Both the position numbers and the translations under genes were made by a program. DNA of 64,000 nucleotides from NCBI GenBank assembly GCA_039028615.1, contig JBCCHT010000013.1, positions 1 to 64,000 on the forward strand, written 5' to 3'. A model generated the notes under the pieces. That model was given only the letters and a program-made list of their open reading frames with translations. It searched no databases and had not been told where the DNA came from. This document shows positions 41,886-51,189 of this stretch, one piece after another; within the stretch, counting starts at the first letter, position 1; each line of letters opens with the position of its first letter. This DNA is from Myxococcota bacterium. Its GTDB lineage: Bacteria; Myxococcota_A; Polyangia; Nannocystales; Nannocystaceae.

Positions 41886-43037
41886 CTAGCCTTCAACGCG
41901 CGGCAGATCCTGCGACTTCCGCCGAAAGATCAACCGCTCCAACGCCTGACTAATCCCATCCACCAGCTCATTCAACGACCGCGGATCCACCGGATGCCGA
42001 GTCCCCGACGCATACACCAGCAGCGGCACCCGCTCCCGCAACCGAACCGGCAGCACGAGCACATTCCCCGTGATCGACCCCATCGCCTGATCAAACGCCT
42101 TATTGATCTTCGACGTATTCCGCCACGGCCCAAAGTACGGCGCCCCGCGCTCGATCACATCCCGAAACGCCGAAGGCCCCGTCGTCGGAATCCGAACCTG
42201 CGTCACCGCCTCGAGCAACAGGTCATCCCCCCGAGCATCCCGCCCCCGCAGCTGCTTTTGCAGATGCACGAACATGATCACCCGGTCGAACCCCTCGGCG
42301 AGAAAGTCGAGCAGCACCCGCGTAATCTCGTCCCGGTCCGCCGCCGCGACCAACCGCGGCAACACCCGCGCGAACGCAGCGGGGGACAGCGGAGGAAAAT
42401 TCTCATCCACGAGCCGCCCGCTGTCGGTCCGCACGGTGGCAACCGGCACGGGCGTCGCCGACCGCTGTCGTGTTGGCGGCGGAGCAGCTCGAGTCTGCGC
42501 CGGAGTCTCCGACGCGGGCGGATCACTCACGGCGGGCGCGGGGGCAGGCGCGGGCTCATCCTGCCCCGCACCGATCGGCAGGTTCGCGGGTCGCGGTCCG
42601 TAGTACCGCTCGAGCGCACGCCGCAACGCGGTCAGCGGCGCGACCGCTCGTACGAGATATGCCCCGGTGTGATTGGCGACGGCATCGACCGCCCGGAGGT
42701 CGGTGGGATCGGCCATCGCCAGCGTCAGGTTGCCCACGTCGTCGACCGACACGGGCAGGACCTCGTGGTACCAAGCGAGCTCGATCGGCAGGTGCCGCAA
42801 GGTCTCGCGCTCGAGCTGATCGAGCAGGTCGGCTTCGACCTCGGGGATCATCAGCTTGCTCTGGAGGAAGCGGACCAAGTCCTCCTCACTCGACAGACCA
42901 CGGTGGATGATCACCTCGACGGGCGGCACCCGATTGGCGTAGGCGAAGTCTCGAATGCGCACCGACTCCCCCTCGGGGAGCAGGCCCGCCCGCTGCATCA
43001 TGGTGGCCAGATTGCTCAACGCGAGTGGATCATTCAT
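41886..43037 (-). CDS. GspE/PilB N-terminal (T2SSE_N) domain protein without ATPase
   Basis: LPIELAWYHEVLPV..LTLAMADPTDLRAVDAV..ALERYY; Pro-rich linker; GAF-like C-terminus. Confidence 0.75.
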   Translation of the reverse strand: MNDPLALSNLATMMQRAGLLPEGESVRIRDFAYANRVPPVEVIIHRGLSSEEDLVRFLQSKLMIPEVEADLLDQLERETLRHLPIELAWYHEVLPVSVDDVGNLTLAMADPTDLRAVDAVANHTGAYLVRAVAPLTALRRALERYYGPRPANLPIGAGQDEPAPAPAPAVSDPPASETPAQTRAAPPPTRQRSATPVPVATVRTDSGRLVDENFPPLSPAAFARVLPRLVAAADRDEITRVLLDFLAEGFDRVIMFVHLQKQLRGRDARGDDLLLEAVTQVRIPTTGPSAFRDVIERGAPYFGPWRNTSKINKAFDQAMGSITGNVLVLPVRLRERVPLLVYASGTRHPVDPRSLNELVDGISQALERLIFRRKSQDLPRVEG

Positions 43038-43092
43038 CGGACGCGCATCTCTCGTCAATTTCGATGCAATCGGCGTGCTATACGGAGCCGCC

Positions 43093-44268
43093 GTGATCGA
43101 TCTCGACCACAACGCGACCACCCCGCTCGACCCCCGTGTACGGGCGAGTATGGGGGAGTTGCTGGCCCGGGAGGACCTGGGCAACCCCTCGAGCCAGCAC
43201 GGCCGAGGCCGTCAGGCGCGGGAGGTGGTCGAGGCCGCGCGTCGCCGGGTGGCGCAGGCGGTCGAAGCCGAGCCGCTGGGGGTGACGTTCACGTCGGGCG
43301 GCACGGAGGCCAACAATCTCGCCATTTTGGGCGTGGCGCGGGCGCTGGCGAAGGCGGGGCGGCCCCATGGGGTGCTGACCTCTGCGCTCGAACACCCGTC
43401 TGTAGCGGCCGCAATCGATGTTCTGGCGGCCGAAGGGCACCCGGTGAAGCGCATCGAGGTCGACGCCCAGGGTCGCATCGATCCCGACATGGTCGCCGCC
43501 CGGCTCGGCGCGGAGCCGCGCCTGGGCATTGTCTCGCTGGCGGCGGCAAACCACGAGCTGGGCAATGCGTACGACATCGCCGCCATCGCGCGGGCGGCCC
43601 GCGAGGCGTCGCCACAGGTGCGAGTCCACTGCGACGCCGTTCAGGCGGTAGGGAAGCTGCCGGTTTCCTTCCGCGGCTGGGGTGTAGACCTGCTCAGTAT
43701 CTCCGCCCACAAGCTGGGAGGCCCGGCGGGGGCCGGGGCTTTGGTGCACGACCGCGGCCTGAAGCTCCAGGCGCTGCGCCACGGCGGGGCCCAGGAGCGA
43801 GGCCGACGCCCGGGCACCGAGGCCACGTTGCTCGTGCACGGCTTCGGCCACGCCATCTCGCTCGCCGCCTCCGAGCAGCCCGCTCGCCACGCGAACATGG
43901 CCGCCCGCCGCTCTCGCCTGGTGCGGGGGCTCCAGGCCCTGGGCGCCCGGATTCACGGCGATCCAGACCATCACACGGGAAACACGGTCAATGTCGGCTT
44001 CGAGGGAACCGAAGGGGAGCTGGTGATGATGAACCTCGATCTGGCCGGAATCGCGGTCTCGACGGGGGCAGCCTGCAGCGCGGGGCTCCCGGAGCCCTCG
44101 CCCGTGCTGCTCGCACTGGGGCAGTCGGTGCCCCTCGCCCGCGAGGCCGTTCGCATGTCCCTCAGTCCCAACACGAGCGACGCGGACATCGACGCGGTGC
44201 TGACGGCCCTGGCCGAGGCCCTGCCTCGCATTCGCAAGGCCGGCACGGCCGTACGGAGCGCATCATGA
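43093..44268 (+). CDS. iscS: Cysteine desulfurase (IscS/NifS-like)
   Basis: DLDHNATTP, GNPSS, FTSGGTEANN, HCDAVQ, SAHK, STGAACS. Confidence 0.9.
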   Translation: MIDLDHNATTPLDPRVRASMGELLAREDLGNPSSQHGRGRQAREVVEAARRRVAQAVEAEPLGVTFTSGGTEANNLAILGVARALAKAGRPHGVLTSALEHPSVAAAIDVLAAEGHPVKRIEVDAQGRIDPDMVAARLGAEPRLGIVSLAAANHELGNAYDIAAIARAAREASPQVRVHCDAVQAVGKLPVSFRGWGVDLLSISAHKLGGPAGAGALVHDRGLKLQALRHGGAQERGRRPGTEATLLVHGFGHAISLAASEQPARHANMAARRSRLVRGLQALGARIHGDPDHHTGNTVNVGFEGTEGELVMMNLDLAGIAVSTGAACSAGLPEPSPVLLALGQSVPLAREAVRMSLSPNTSDADIDAVLTALAEALPRIRKAGTAVRSAS

Positions 44269-45341
44269 GAGTCGTGGTCGCCATGTCCGGGGGCGTCGAC
44301 TCGTCGATGGCCGCGGCCCGCATCGTCGACGAAGGCCACGACGTGGTCGGCATCACCATGCGGCTGTACGACGCGTCCGAGGACGAGCGCCGCGGTCGAG
44401 GCGGCAGCTGCTGCTCTCCGGCCGAGGTCGACATGGCCCGCCGGGCATGCGGCGTGCTCGGTATTCCGCACTACAGCGTCGACGAGCGCGAGCACTTCGA
44501 GGCCGAGGTCATCGATCCCTTCGTGCGGGACTATGTCGCGGGGCGAACCCCGAACCCGTGCACCCGCTGCAACCAGCACATCAAGTTCGGGCCCCTGCTG
44601 ACCCGCGCGCAGGCGCTGGGGGCCGACGTGCTGGTGACCGGCCATTACGCGCGCATCGAGGACGGCGCGCTGCTCCGCGGCGTCGATCCCCGCAAGGACC
44701 AGAGCTACTTCTTGTTCGCGATGGGCAAGGACGCCCTGTCCCAGGTTCGCTTTCCCCTCGGCGGCATGACCAAGGACGAGGTCCGCGAGCAAGCGGAGCG
44801 CCTCGGCCTGCCCAATGCTCAGGCGCCCGACAGCCAGGAGCTGTGCTTCGTGCCGGGGGGAGACCACGGTGTCGTGGTGGAGCGTCGGGCGGCGGCACTG
44901 GGCCTGTCCACCGATGCGCTCGCCCCTGGTCCCGTGGTCGACGGTCGCGGCCAGGAAATCGGCGAGCACCAGGGCATCCACCGGGTCACGGTCGGCCAGC
45001 GTCGCGGCATGCAGATTCGCGGCACCGACAAGCGCTACGTGCTGCGGGTCATCCCCGAGTCACGCACGGTGGTGGTGGGGTCGGCCGAGCAAGCGACGGC
45101 GCGCCGCCTGTACGTCGAGGAACTCCAAGACCTGGCGCTGCCCCCCGTGGGCGGATCGATGCGAGCCGCCGTGCAATGGCGCCACCGCAGCGCCCCCGCA
45201 CCGGCCACCGTCTCGATCGAAGCCGATCGAGCGGTCGTCGAGTTCGACGAGCCCGTGGGCGCGGCGGCGTGTGGCCAGGCCGCGGTGATCTACGACGGTG
45301 ATCGGGTGTGCGGCGGCGGCTGGATCGCGGCCACCGAGTAG
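44265..45341 (+). CDS. mnmA: tRNA-specific 2-thiouridylase
   Basis: VAMSGGVDSS, TPNPCTRCN, TGHYAR, KDQSYFL, DSQELCF, GQAAVIY. Confidence 0.96.
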   Translation: MRVVVAMSGGVDSSMAAARIVDEGHDVVGITMRLYDASEDERRGRGGSCCSPAEVDMARRACGVLGIPHYSVDEREHFEAEVIDPFVRDYVAGRTPNPCTRCNQHIKFGPLLTRAQALGADVLVTGHYARIEDGALLRGVDPRKDQSYFLFAMGKDALSQVRFPLGGMTKDEVREQAERLGLPNAQAPDSQELCFVPGGDHGVVVERRAAALGLSTDALAPGPVVDGRGQEIGEHQGIHRVTVGQRRGMQIRGTDKRYVLRVIPESRTVVVGSAEQATARRLYVEELQDLALPPVGGSMRAAVQWRHRSAPAPATVSIEADRAVVEFDEPVGAAACGQAAVIYDGDRVCGGGWIAATE

Positions 45342-45357
45342 CGCCCCCGAGTGCCGC

Positions 45358-45768
45358 TCACCCCTTGAGCAGGCCGTCCTGCTTGCCGCTCTCGATGATC
45401 TCGAGGGTGAGGCCGGCGATCTCGTCGTCGCTGAGGCCCAAGCCGGAGGCGACCTTGCGCAGGTAGGCGTCCTCGTCGAAGTCGAGCTCGTCGTCGGAGT
45501 CGTTGACCGAGGCGACCAGCTCGATCACCGTCTTCTTGTCGTCCGCGCCGAGGTCCTTCAGCGAGCCGGTGGCGGCGGCGATGTCGTGCTTGGCGGGGTT
45601 GAAGGCCCGGATGCGATCCTCGATGCGGGAGGGCACGGTCACCGTCCCGACCAAGCGGGCGATCATCGTGCGGATCGCGGTCAGCTCTTCACCTTCGAGC
45701 CGTTTGTCGGCATAGGCGGCGCCGAGCAACAGGTCGGTAATCGTGTCGGTGTGCTGCCTCAGCGCCAT
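45358..45768 (-). CDS. TerB-like protein
   Basis: LLLGAAYADKRLEGEE..VNDSDDELDFDEDAYLRKVASGLGL. Confidence 0.75.
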   Translation of the reverse strand: MALRQHTDTITDLLLGAAYADKRLEGEELTAIRTMIARLVGTVTVPSRIEDRIRAFNPAKHDIAAATGSLKDLGADDKKTVIELVASVNDSDDELDFDEDAYLRKVASGLGLSDDEIAGLTLEIIESGKQDGLLKG

Positions 45769-45833
45769 CGTCCCGAATGGTACGTCGCGGCTCCAGCGCG
45801 CGTCCACCAGGCCCGCTATACTGGCGAGACGTC

Positions 45834-46661
45834 ATGACGCGTCTTCCCAAGGTTTTGACGGGTTTGCCCGACCCGGAGACTCCGGTCGCGGACGATACTG
45901 GGCCGCCTGCACCGGGAGGGCTCACCGGCCTCATGGCCCGTTTGCAGTACGACTTCGCCGACCGGGCGTTGTTGCGGGTGGCGTTGACGTTGGGGTCGTG
46001 GGCCAACGAGCACCGCGACGCGGGCTGGCCGAGCAACGCGTGCCTCGAGTTCTTCGGTGATGCGGTGCTGGGGCTCATCGCCGCCGATGCGTTGTGGCGA
46101 CGGTTCCCCGACTTGGCCGAGGGCGAGCTGACGCGCTTGCGCGCCGCGCTGGTCTCCGAGCCGAGCTTGGCCCAGGCCGCCCGCGACATCGAGCTGGGCG
46201 AGTGGCTGTTTCTCGGCCGCGGCGATCTCAAGCGGGGAGGGCGAGACCACCCGAGCACCTTGGCCGACGCGGTCGAAGCGGTGCTGGGCGCCATCTTCCT
46301 CGATGCCCGCGAGGCGGGGCGTCCGGCGCTCGATGCCGTGGCCGAAGTCTTCGAACGGCTCGCGGGGCAGCGCCTGGTCGACCTCAAGCCCGAGCACGGC
46401 CTCGATCCCAAGTCGCGATTGCAGCACTGGGCCCAAGGCAAGTTTCGCGTCACGCCCATCTACGTGCGCGTCGGTCAGCCTCCGCCACCCGACGACCCGA
46501 GCTGGTCGGCCCGCGTCGAGCTGCGCTTTTCCGACGGGCGCGTGGCCGTGCTGGGACAAGGGCAGGGGCGCAGCCTCAAGCAAGCGGAACGGGCCGCCGC
46601 TCGCGAGGCATTGGCTCGGATCGATGCAGAAGCGGAAGCCGAGGCCGCTGAACAAAAGTAA
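45834..46661 (+). CDS. rnc: Ribonuclease III
   Basis: LEFFGDAVL, EGELTRLRAALVS, LADAVEAVLGAIFLD, dsRBD DPKSRLQ..SLKQAERAAA. Confidence 0.92.
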   Translation: MTRLPKVLTGLPDPETPVADDTGPPAPGGLTGLMARLQYDFADRALLRVALTLGSWANEHRDAGWPSNACLEFFGDAVLGLIAADALWRRFPDLAEGELTRLRAALVSEPSLAQAARDIELGEWLFLGRGDLKRGGRDHPSTLADAVEAVLGAIFLDAREAGRPALDAVAEVFERLAGQRLVDLKPEHGLDPKSRLQHWAQGKFRVTPIYVRVGQPPPPDDPSWSARVELRFSDGRVAVLGQGQGRSLKQAERAAAREALARIDAEAEAEAAEQK

Positions 46662-46781
46662 ACGCCGCGTGCTCCGACGCGGCGTTAGCCAGTTCCAGGA
46701 TGCTCGGCCTCGAGCCCAAGCGCGGCGGAGCCATGGTCTCGCGAGGCACGGCCGTGGCCCCGCCTGTGGAAGAGCGGAGCG

Positions 46782-47723
46782 CTACTCGGGGATCCAGCAG
46801 CCGCCCACGTGCTCGAGCGACGGCGGAGGATCGCCGGCGTACCACGAGTTGCACAGCACGCCCGGGCCCATGTCGGCGCACCCGGGGTTGGTGCCGTCGG
46901 GCGCGTTGAGGGTCATGTCGCAGTAGGGCGAGCAGCAGCCGGTTCCGCCCTGGCAGTCGGGCAGCGAAGCCGGGTTGTAGTTGCAGAACAAGCCCGCGGC
47001 ACAGCTGTTGGAGTACTCGCAGGCGTCGCCCTGCAAGAACGCCCCGTCGCCCCATCCGGTGGCGCAGTTGAAGCCATCGAAGCCGGTGGCGGGCATACAG
47101 ATGGCGATCTCCGCCGCGCAGTCCTGAAGGACTGGATCGCAGTCCTGGGTGCAGGAGATCAGCGTGCCGTCGTTGTCGATGGCGCAGGTGGTACCGTCGG
47201 GGCACTCGGGGGCGGCCTCGGATCCCGAGCACATCGCGATGCACACGCCCTGACCCTCGTCGTTGATGAAGCTGCAGTAGTGCCCGATGTCGCAGTCGTC
47301 GATGCCCTCGCCGATCTGATTGCCGTCGCACAGGTCACCCTCTTGGCCGGGGTTGTCGACCACGGGCACACAGCGGTTGCCGTCGCCTCCGGGAGCGCCG
47401 ATCGAGTAGTGGGCACACTTTTCCCCGTCGGGGCAGTCCTGCTCCCAGACGTCGCACTGGATCGCCTGCGGGGTGTCGGGGTTGGGCACGAACCCACCGT
47501 CGTCCATCGGGTCTGCGGTCTCGTCTCCGCTGTCCTGAGGATCGGGGGTGGGGCTGGTCTCGCCGGAGGCTCCATCACCCGAGGTGGAGGTCGCGGGCGT
47601 CGAGCCCGGCGGGAGCCCCCCGTCATTGCCATTGGCGGGATTCGTATCGTCCGCGCCACAAGCAACGGCGACCGCGGTGAACAGTGACAACCCAACCATC
47701 GTGGAAAGACGCATGATGAGCAT
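46782..47723 (-). CDS. Cys-rich lipoprotein (CDVWEQDCPDGEKC family)
   Basis: Lipobox AVAC; CDxxxQDC repeats; GCCSPYCD. Confidence 0.8.
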   Translation of the reverse strand: MLIMRLSTMVGLSLFTAVAVACGADDTNPANGNDGGLPPGSTPATSTSGDGASGETSPTPDPQDSGDETADPMDDGGFVPNPDTPQAIQCDVWEQDCPDGEKCAHYSIGAPGGDGNRCVPVVDNPGQEGDLCDGNQIGEGIDDCDIGHYCSFINDEGQGVCIAMCSGSEAAPECPDGTTCAIDNDGTLISCTQDCDPVLQDCAAEIAICMPATGFDGFNCATGWGDGAFLQGDACEYSNSCAAGLFCNYNPASLPDCQGGTGCCSPYCDMTLNAPDGTNPGCADMGPGVLCNSWYAGDPPPSLEHVGGCWIPE

Positions 47724-47727
47724 GGCT

Positions 47728-47739
47728 ACGCTATAGCGT
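47728..47739. promoter_or_regulatory. 12-bp palindromic operator, copy 1
   Basis: ACGCTATAGCGT; minus-strand TTGACA at 47752-47747 lies just upstream. Confidence 0.6.
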
Positions 47740-47848
47740 TTTTCTGTGTCAACAAAAACTTGATGATGAGACGTTATGGACGATTGGTGGCGTTCTTGGT
47801 TTCGCCATCGCGAATGTGGCGCCGATTGACGACCACGGCAGAATCATA

Positions 47849-47877
47849 TTGACGCTATAGCGTAATGGTTCTACGCT
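47849..47877 (+). promoter_or_regulatory. Sigma70 promoter overlapped by palindrome copy 2
   Basis: TTGACG-N17-TACGCT; ACGCTATAGCGT at 47852-47863. Confidence 0.7.
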
Positions 47878-47942
47878 CGGTTCGACGCGCATATGGGAGT
47901 GATTTCCAGTTCGGTTCGAGGGGACCGTCCACCGTCGGAGCG

Positions 47943-48926
47943 ATGCGCATGGCTTTGACGCTACGGGTGCTCGACGCCGAGGCCATCGATGCGGTGGGCG
48001 ACATGCGAGCGCTGATCGAGGCGGTCGGTCATGCCTTCGCGGAGCTGTCGCGAGGGGTCGTAAGTGCCCCCGAGCGCGCGGTGGTGTCGAGCCCGGGCGG
48101 AACCACGCTGGTGATGGGAGCCTCGGTGCCCGAACAAGGCCTGGTGACCAAGGTCGTCTCGGTGTTCGGCGGCAACCAGGCGCAGGGGCTGCCCACGACG
48201 ATCGGCCTGGCGGTGGTGCTCGACCCTCGCACGGGCGCACCCATCGGCCTGTGCGACGGCGCTCGCTTGACCGCCTGGAGAACGGGCGCGGCCTCGGGTC
48301 TGGCGACGTCGAAGCTGGCGCGCCCCGACGCGAAGATCGGTGCCCTCATCGGCTGCGGGGCGCAGGCCCGCACGCAGCTGCTCGGGAGCGTGGCGGTTCG
48401 CGAGCTCTCGGAGGTCCGGGTCTTCGGTCCCCGCCCATCTCGAGTCGCCACGTTCATCGAACACATGCAGCCTCGGGTCTCCGCCCGCTTGGTGCCCGCG
48501 TCCGGTGCCAAGGCGGCGATCGATGGCGCCGACGTCGTCTGCGTAGCCACGTCCTCCCGCACGCCCGTGCTCGACGGCGCCGATCTGGCCCCGGGGACCC
48601 ACATCAACGCGGTCGGCACGTTCCGGCTCGACATGCGTGAACTCGACGTCACCACCGTTCATCGTGCCTCGGTCTTCATCGACCAGCGCGCCGCGGCCCG
48701 GGCGGAGGCCGGGGACCTCATGGCCGCGGAGCAGGCCGGGGTCACCTCGAGCGAGGCGTGGACGGAGCTTGGGCGTGTGGTCTCGGGCGACGCCCCGGGG
48801 CGACGCTCGAACGACGAAATCACCCTGTTCAAGTCGGTCGGGCTGGCCGTGCAAGACGTGGCCGCCGCGGCCGTGTTCTTCGAGGCGGCCCAGGCGGCCG
48901 ACCTCGGTCATCGGATCTCGCTATGA
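47943..48926 (+). CDS. Ornithine cyclodeaminase/mu-crystallin family, probable delta1-pyrroline-2-carboxylate reductase
   Basis: LTAWRTGAASG, IGCGAQA, HINAVG, GRRSNDEITLFKSVGLAVQD; operon context. Confidence 0.85.
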   Translation: MRMALTLRVLDAEAIDAVGDMRALIEAVGHAFAELSRGVVSAPERAVVSSPGGTTLVMGASVPEQGLVTKVVSVFGGNQAQGLPTTIGLAVVLDPRTGAPIGLCDGARLTAWRTGAASGLATSKLARPDAKIGALIGCGAQARTQLLGSVAVRELSEVRVFGPRPSRVATFIEHMQPRVSARLVPASGAKAAIDGADVVCVATSSRTPVLDGADLAPGTHINAVGTFRLDMRELDVTTVHRASVFIDQRAAARAEAGDLMAAEQAGVTSSEAWTELGRVVSGDAPGRRSNDEITLFKSVGLAVQDVAAAAVFFEAAQAADLGHRISL

Positions 48927-49918
48927 ATCGCATTCGGACCATCGATGCCCACACCGCGGGCGAACCTCTTCGCATCATCACCGCGGGTTGGCCTGATTTA
49001 CCTGGCGACACCATCCTGCAGCGCCGCGCTTGGGCGCGGGAGAACTGCGAGCCGCTGCGTCGCGCGCTGATGTGGGAGCCCAGGGGGCACGCGGACATGT
49101 ACGGAGCGCTGCTCGTCCCGCCCGCGACGCCCGACGGTGATCTCGGCGTGCTCTTTTTGCACAACGAGGGCTACAGCACGATGTGCGGCCACGGGATCAT
49201 CGCCCTGACCACGGTGGTGCTCGATCGCGGGCTGGTGAAGCCCCGCGAGCCCGACGTGCTGCGCATCGATACGCCCGCGGGGCGGGTGGTCGCCCGCGCG
49301 CGTCGCCACGAAGGCCGGGTCGAAGACGTCACCTTCCGCAACGTCGCGTCGTTCGTGCAGGAGCCGGAGGCCACCGTCGAGGTGCCGCAGTTGGGCACCG
49401 TGCGCTACGACCTCGCGTTCGGCGGTGCCTACTACGCCTATGTCGATGCCACCGCGCTCGGCCTGTCGCTTCAGGCCGACAACGCCCATGCCGTCATCGA
49501 GGCGGGCCGGGCAATCAAGCGGGCCATCGCGGCTCGAGGGGCGCCACAGCACCCGGACGGCGACGCCGATCTGGGCTTTCTCTACGGCACCATCTTCGTC
49601 GATACGAGCCGTCCCGAGGTGCACAGCCGCAACGCGTGCGTCTTTGCCGAGGGCGAGCTCGACCGTTCACCGACCGGCACCGGGGTCTCCGGGCGGGTCG
49701 CCATCCACCATGCCCGCGGCGAGCTGCCGACCGGGCAGTGGGTGACCATCGAGAGCATCTTGGGCACGAGCTTCGACGTGCGGGTGCTCGAGACCACCAC
49801 CGTCGGGGGGCTACCCGCCGTCGTGCCCGAGGTGCGCGGGGCGGCGTTCGTCACCGGCGAGCACGAATTCATCATCGATCCGCGCGATCCACTGCGACAA
49901 GGGTTCCTTCTGCGATGA
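48923..49918 (+). CDS. Proline racemase family, probable trans-3-hydroxy-L-proline dehydratase
   Basis: DAHTAGEPLR, EPRGHADMYG, STMCGHG and DRSPTGTG (Cys/Thr pair). Confidence 0.88.
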   Translation: MNRIRTIDAHTAGEPLRIITAGWPDLPGDTILQRRAWARENCEPLRRALMWEPRGHADMYGALLVPPATPDGDLGVLFLHNEGYSTMCGHGIIALTTVVLDRGLVKPREPDVLRIDTPAGRVVARARRHEGRVEDVTFRNVASFVQEPEATVEVPQLGTVRYDLAFGGAYYAYVDATALGLSLQADNAHAVIEAGRAIKRAIAARGAPQHPDGDADLGFLYGTIFVDTSRPEVHSRNACVFAEGELDRSPTGTGVSGRVAIHHARGELPTGQWVTIESILGTSFDVRVLETTTVGGLPAVVPEVRGAAFVTGEHEFIIDPRDPLRQGFLLR

Positions 49919-51189
49919 CCATCCCTCACCGTCTTCCCGGCCTCGATGTGCGCGAGCACGTGTTCGAGGTCCCCGTCGACTACCAGCAGCCCAAGGGCGA
50001 GACGCTCAGAGTCTTCGCCCGCGAGGTCGTGGACCCACGGCGCGCCGACGAGCGTTTGCCGTGGATGGTGTTCCTCCAAGGTGGCCCCGGGTTTGGCTCG
50101 CCGCGCCCCACCGAAGCCTCCGGCTGGGTCGGCCGCGCGGTGCAGACCCATCGCGTGTTGCTGCTCGACCAGCGGGGCACGGGACGCAGCACGCCGATCT
50201 CGGTCGAGTCGGTGCAGCGCTTCGACTCGCCGAACACCCTGGCGGCCTACCTGGCCCACTTCCGCGCCGACAACATCGTGCGGGATTGCGAGTTCATTCG
50301 GCGGAAGTTGATCGGCGACGAACGATGGACGCTGCTCGGCCAGAGCTTCGGGGGCTTCTGCTCGGTGCGGTACTTGAGCGCCTCGCCGCAGGGGCTGGCG
50401 GCCGCGATCATCACGGGCGGGCTTCCCTCGCTGACCGCCCACGCGGACGACGTGTATCGGCACACCTATCCCCGGGTGCTCGAGCAAAATCGCCGCTACT
50501 TCGCGCGCTATCCTGAGGACCAAGCCCGCTTCCGTGCCGTCGCCGAGCATCTCGAGGCCAACGACGTGCGCCTGCCCGAGGGCGGTCCGCTCACCCGCAC
50601 CAAGCTCCAGCAGCTGGGGCTCTTGCTCGGCTTTCACGATGGCCACGAACAAGTCCACTACCTGCTCGAAGAGGCCTGGACGCCGGGCGGAGATTCGCTG
50701 TCGTACACGTTCTTGCGGGGCTTCGAGCACGCGTTGCCCTACGACACGAACCCGCTGTTCACCGTGCTCCACGAGGCCTGCTATGCCCAAGGCGGCCCCA
50801 CGGGGTGGTCGGCTGAGCGCATTCGGGCCGAGTTCCCCCAGTTCGACGACCCTCAGCACTTTCTCATGACGGGGGAGATGATCTACCCGTGGATGCTCGA
50901 GCAATGGCCTCGCTTGCGGCCGCTCGCTGAAGCCGCCCAGCTGCTCGCGGACAAGGAGGACTGGCCGCAGCTGTATGACGCCGAGGTGCTCGCTCGCAAC
51001 GAGGTGCCCGTCGTGGCGGCGGTCTACGACGACGATATGTACGTCGGGCGCGAGTACTCGGACGAGACGGCAAAAACCATCGGCAACCTGCGTGCGTGGG
51101 TGACCAATGAATACCCGCACAGCGGACTGCGAGCGCGGGGCGACGTGGTGCTCGGGCGCCTGCTCGACATGCTCGATGGCCTGGTCTAG
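49915..51189 (+). CDS. Proline iminopeptidase (S33 alpha/beta hydrolase)
   Basis: FLQGGPG, DQRGTGRS, GQSFGG, YDDDMYV, NEYPHSG. Confidence 0.88.
   Translation: MTIPHRLPGLDVREHVFEVPVDYQQPKGETLRVFAREVVDPRRADERLPWMVFLQGGPGFGSPRPTEASGWVGRAVQTHRVLLLDQRGTGRSTPISVESVQRFDSPNTLAAYLAHFRADNIVRDCEFIRRKLIGDERWTLLGQSFGGFCSVRYLSASPQGLAAAIITGGLPSLTAHADDVYRHTYPRVLEQNRRYFARYPEDQARFRAVAEHLEANDVRLPEGGPLTRTKLQQLGLLLGFHDGHEQVHYLLEEAWTPGGDSLSYTFLRGFEHALPYDTNPLFTVLHEACYAQGGPTGWSAERIRAEFPQFDDPQHFLMTGEMIYPWMLEQWPRLRPLAEAAQLLADKEDWPQLYDAEVLARNEVPVVAAVYDDDMYVGREYSDETAKTIGNLRAWVTNEYPHSGLRARGDVVLGRLLDMLDGLV

Noticed and set aside
41994..44264. Apparent 750-aa N-terminal extension of MnmA
   Set aside because: Overlaps two real genes in other frames and is Arg/Pro-rich noise; the real start is ATG 44265.
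49183..49914. N-terminal extension of the proline iminopeptidase ORF
   Set aside because: Overlaps the racemase-family gene; the coupled start is at 49915.
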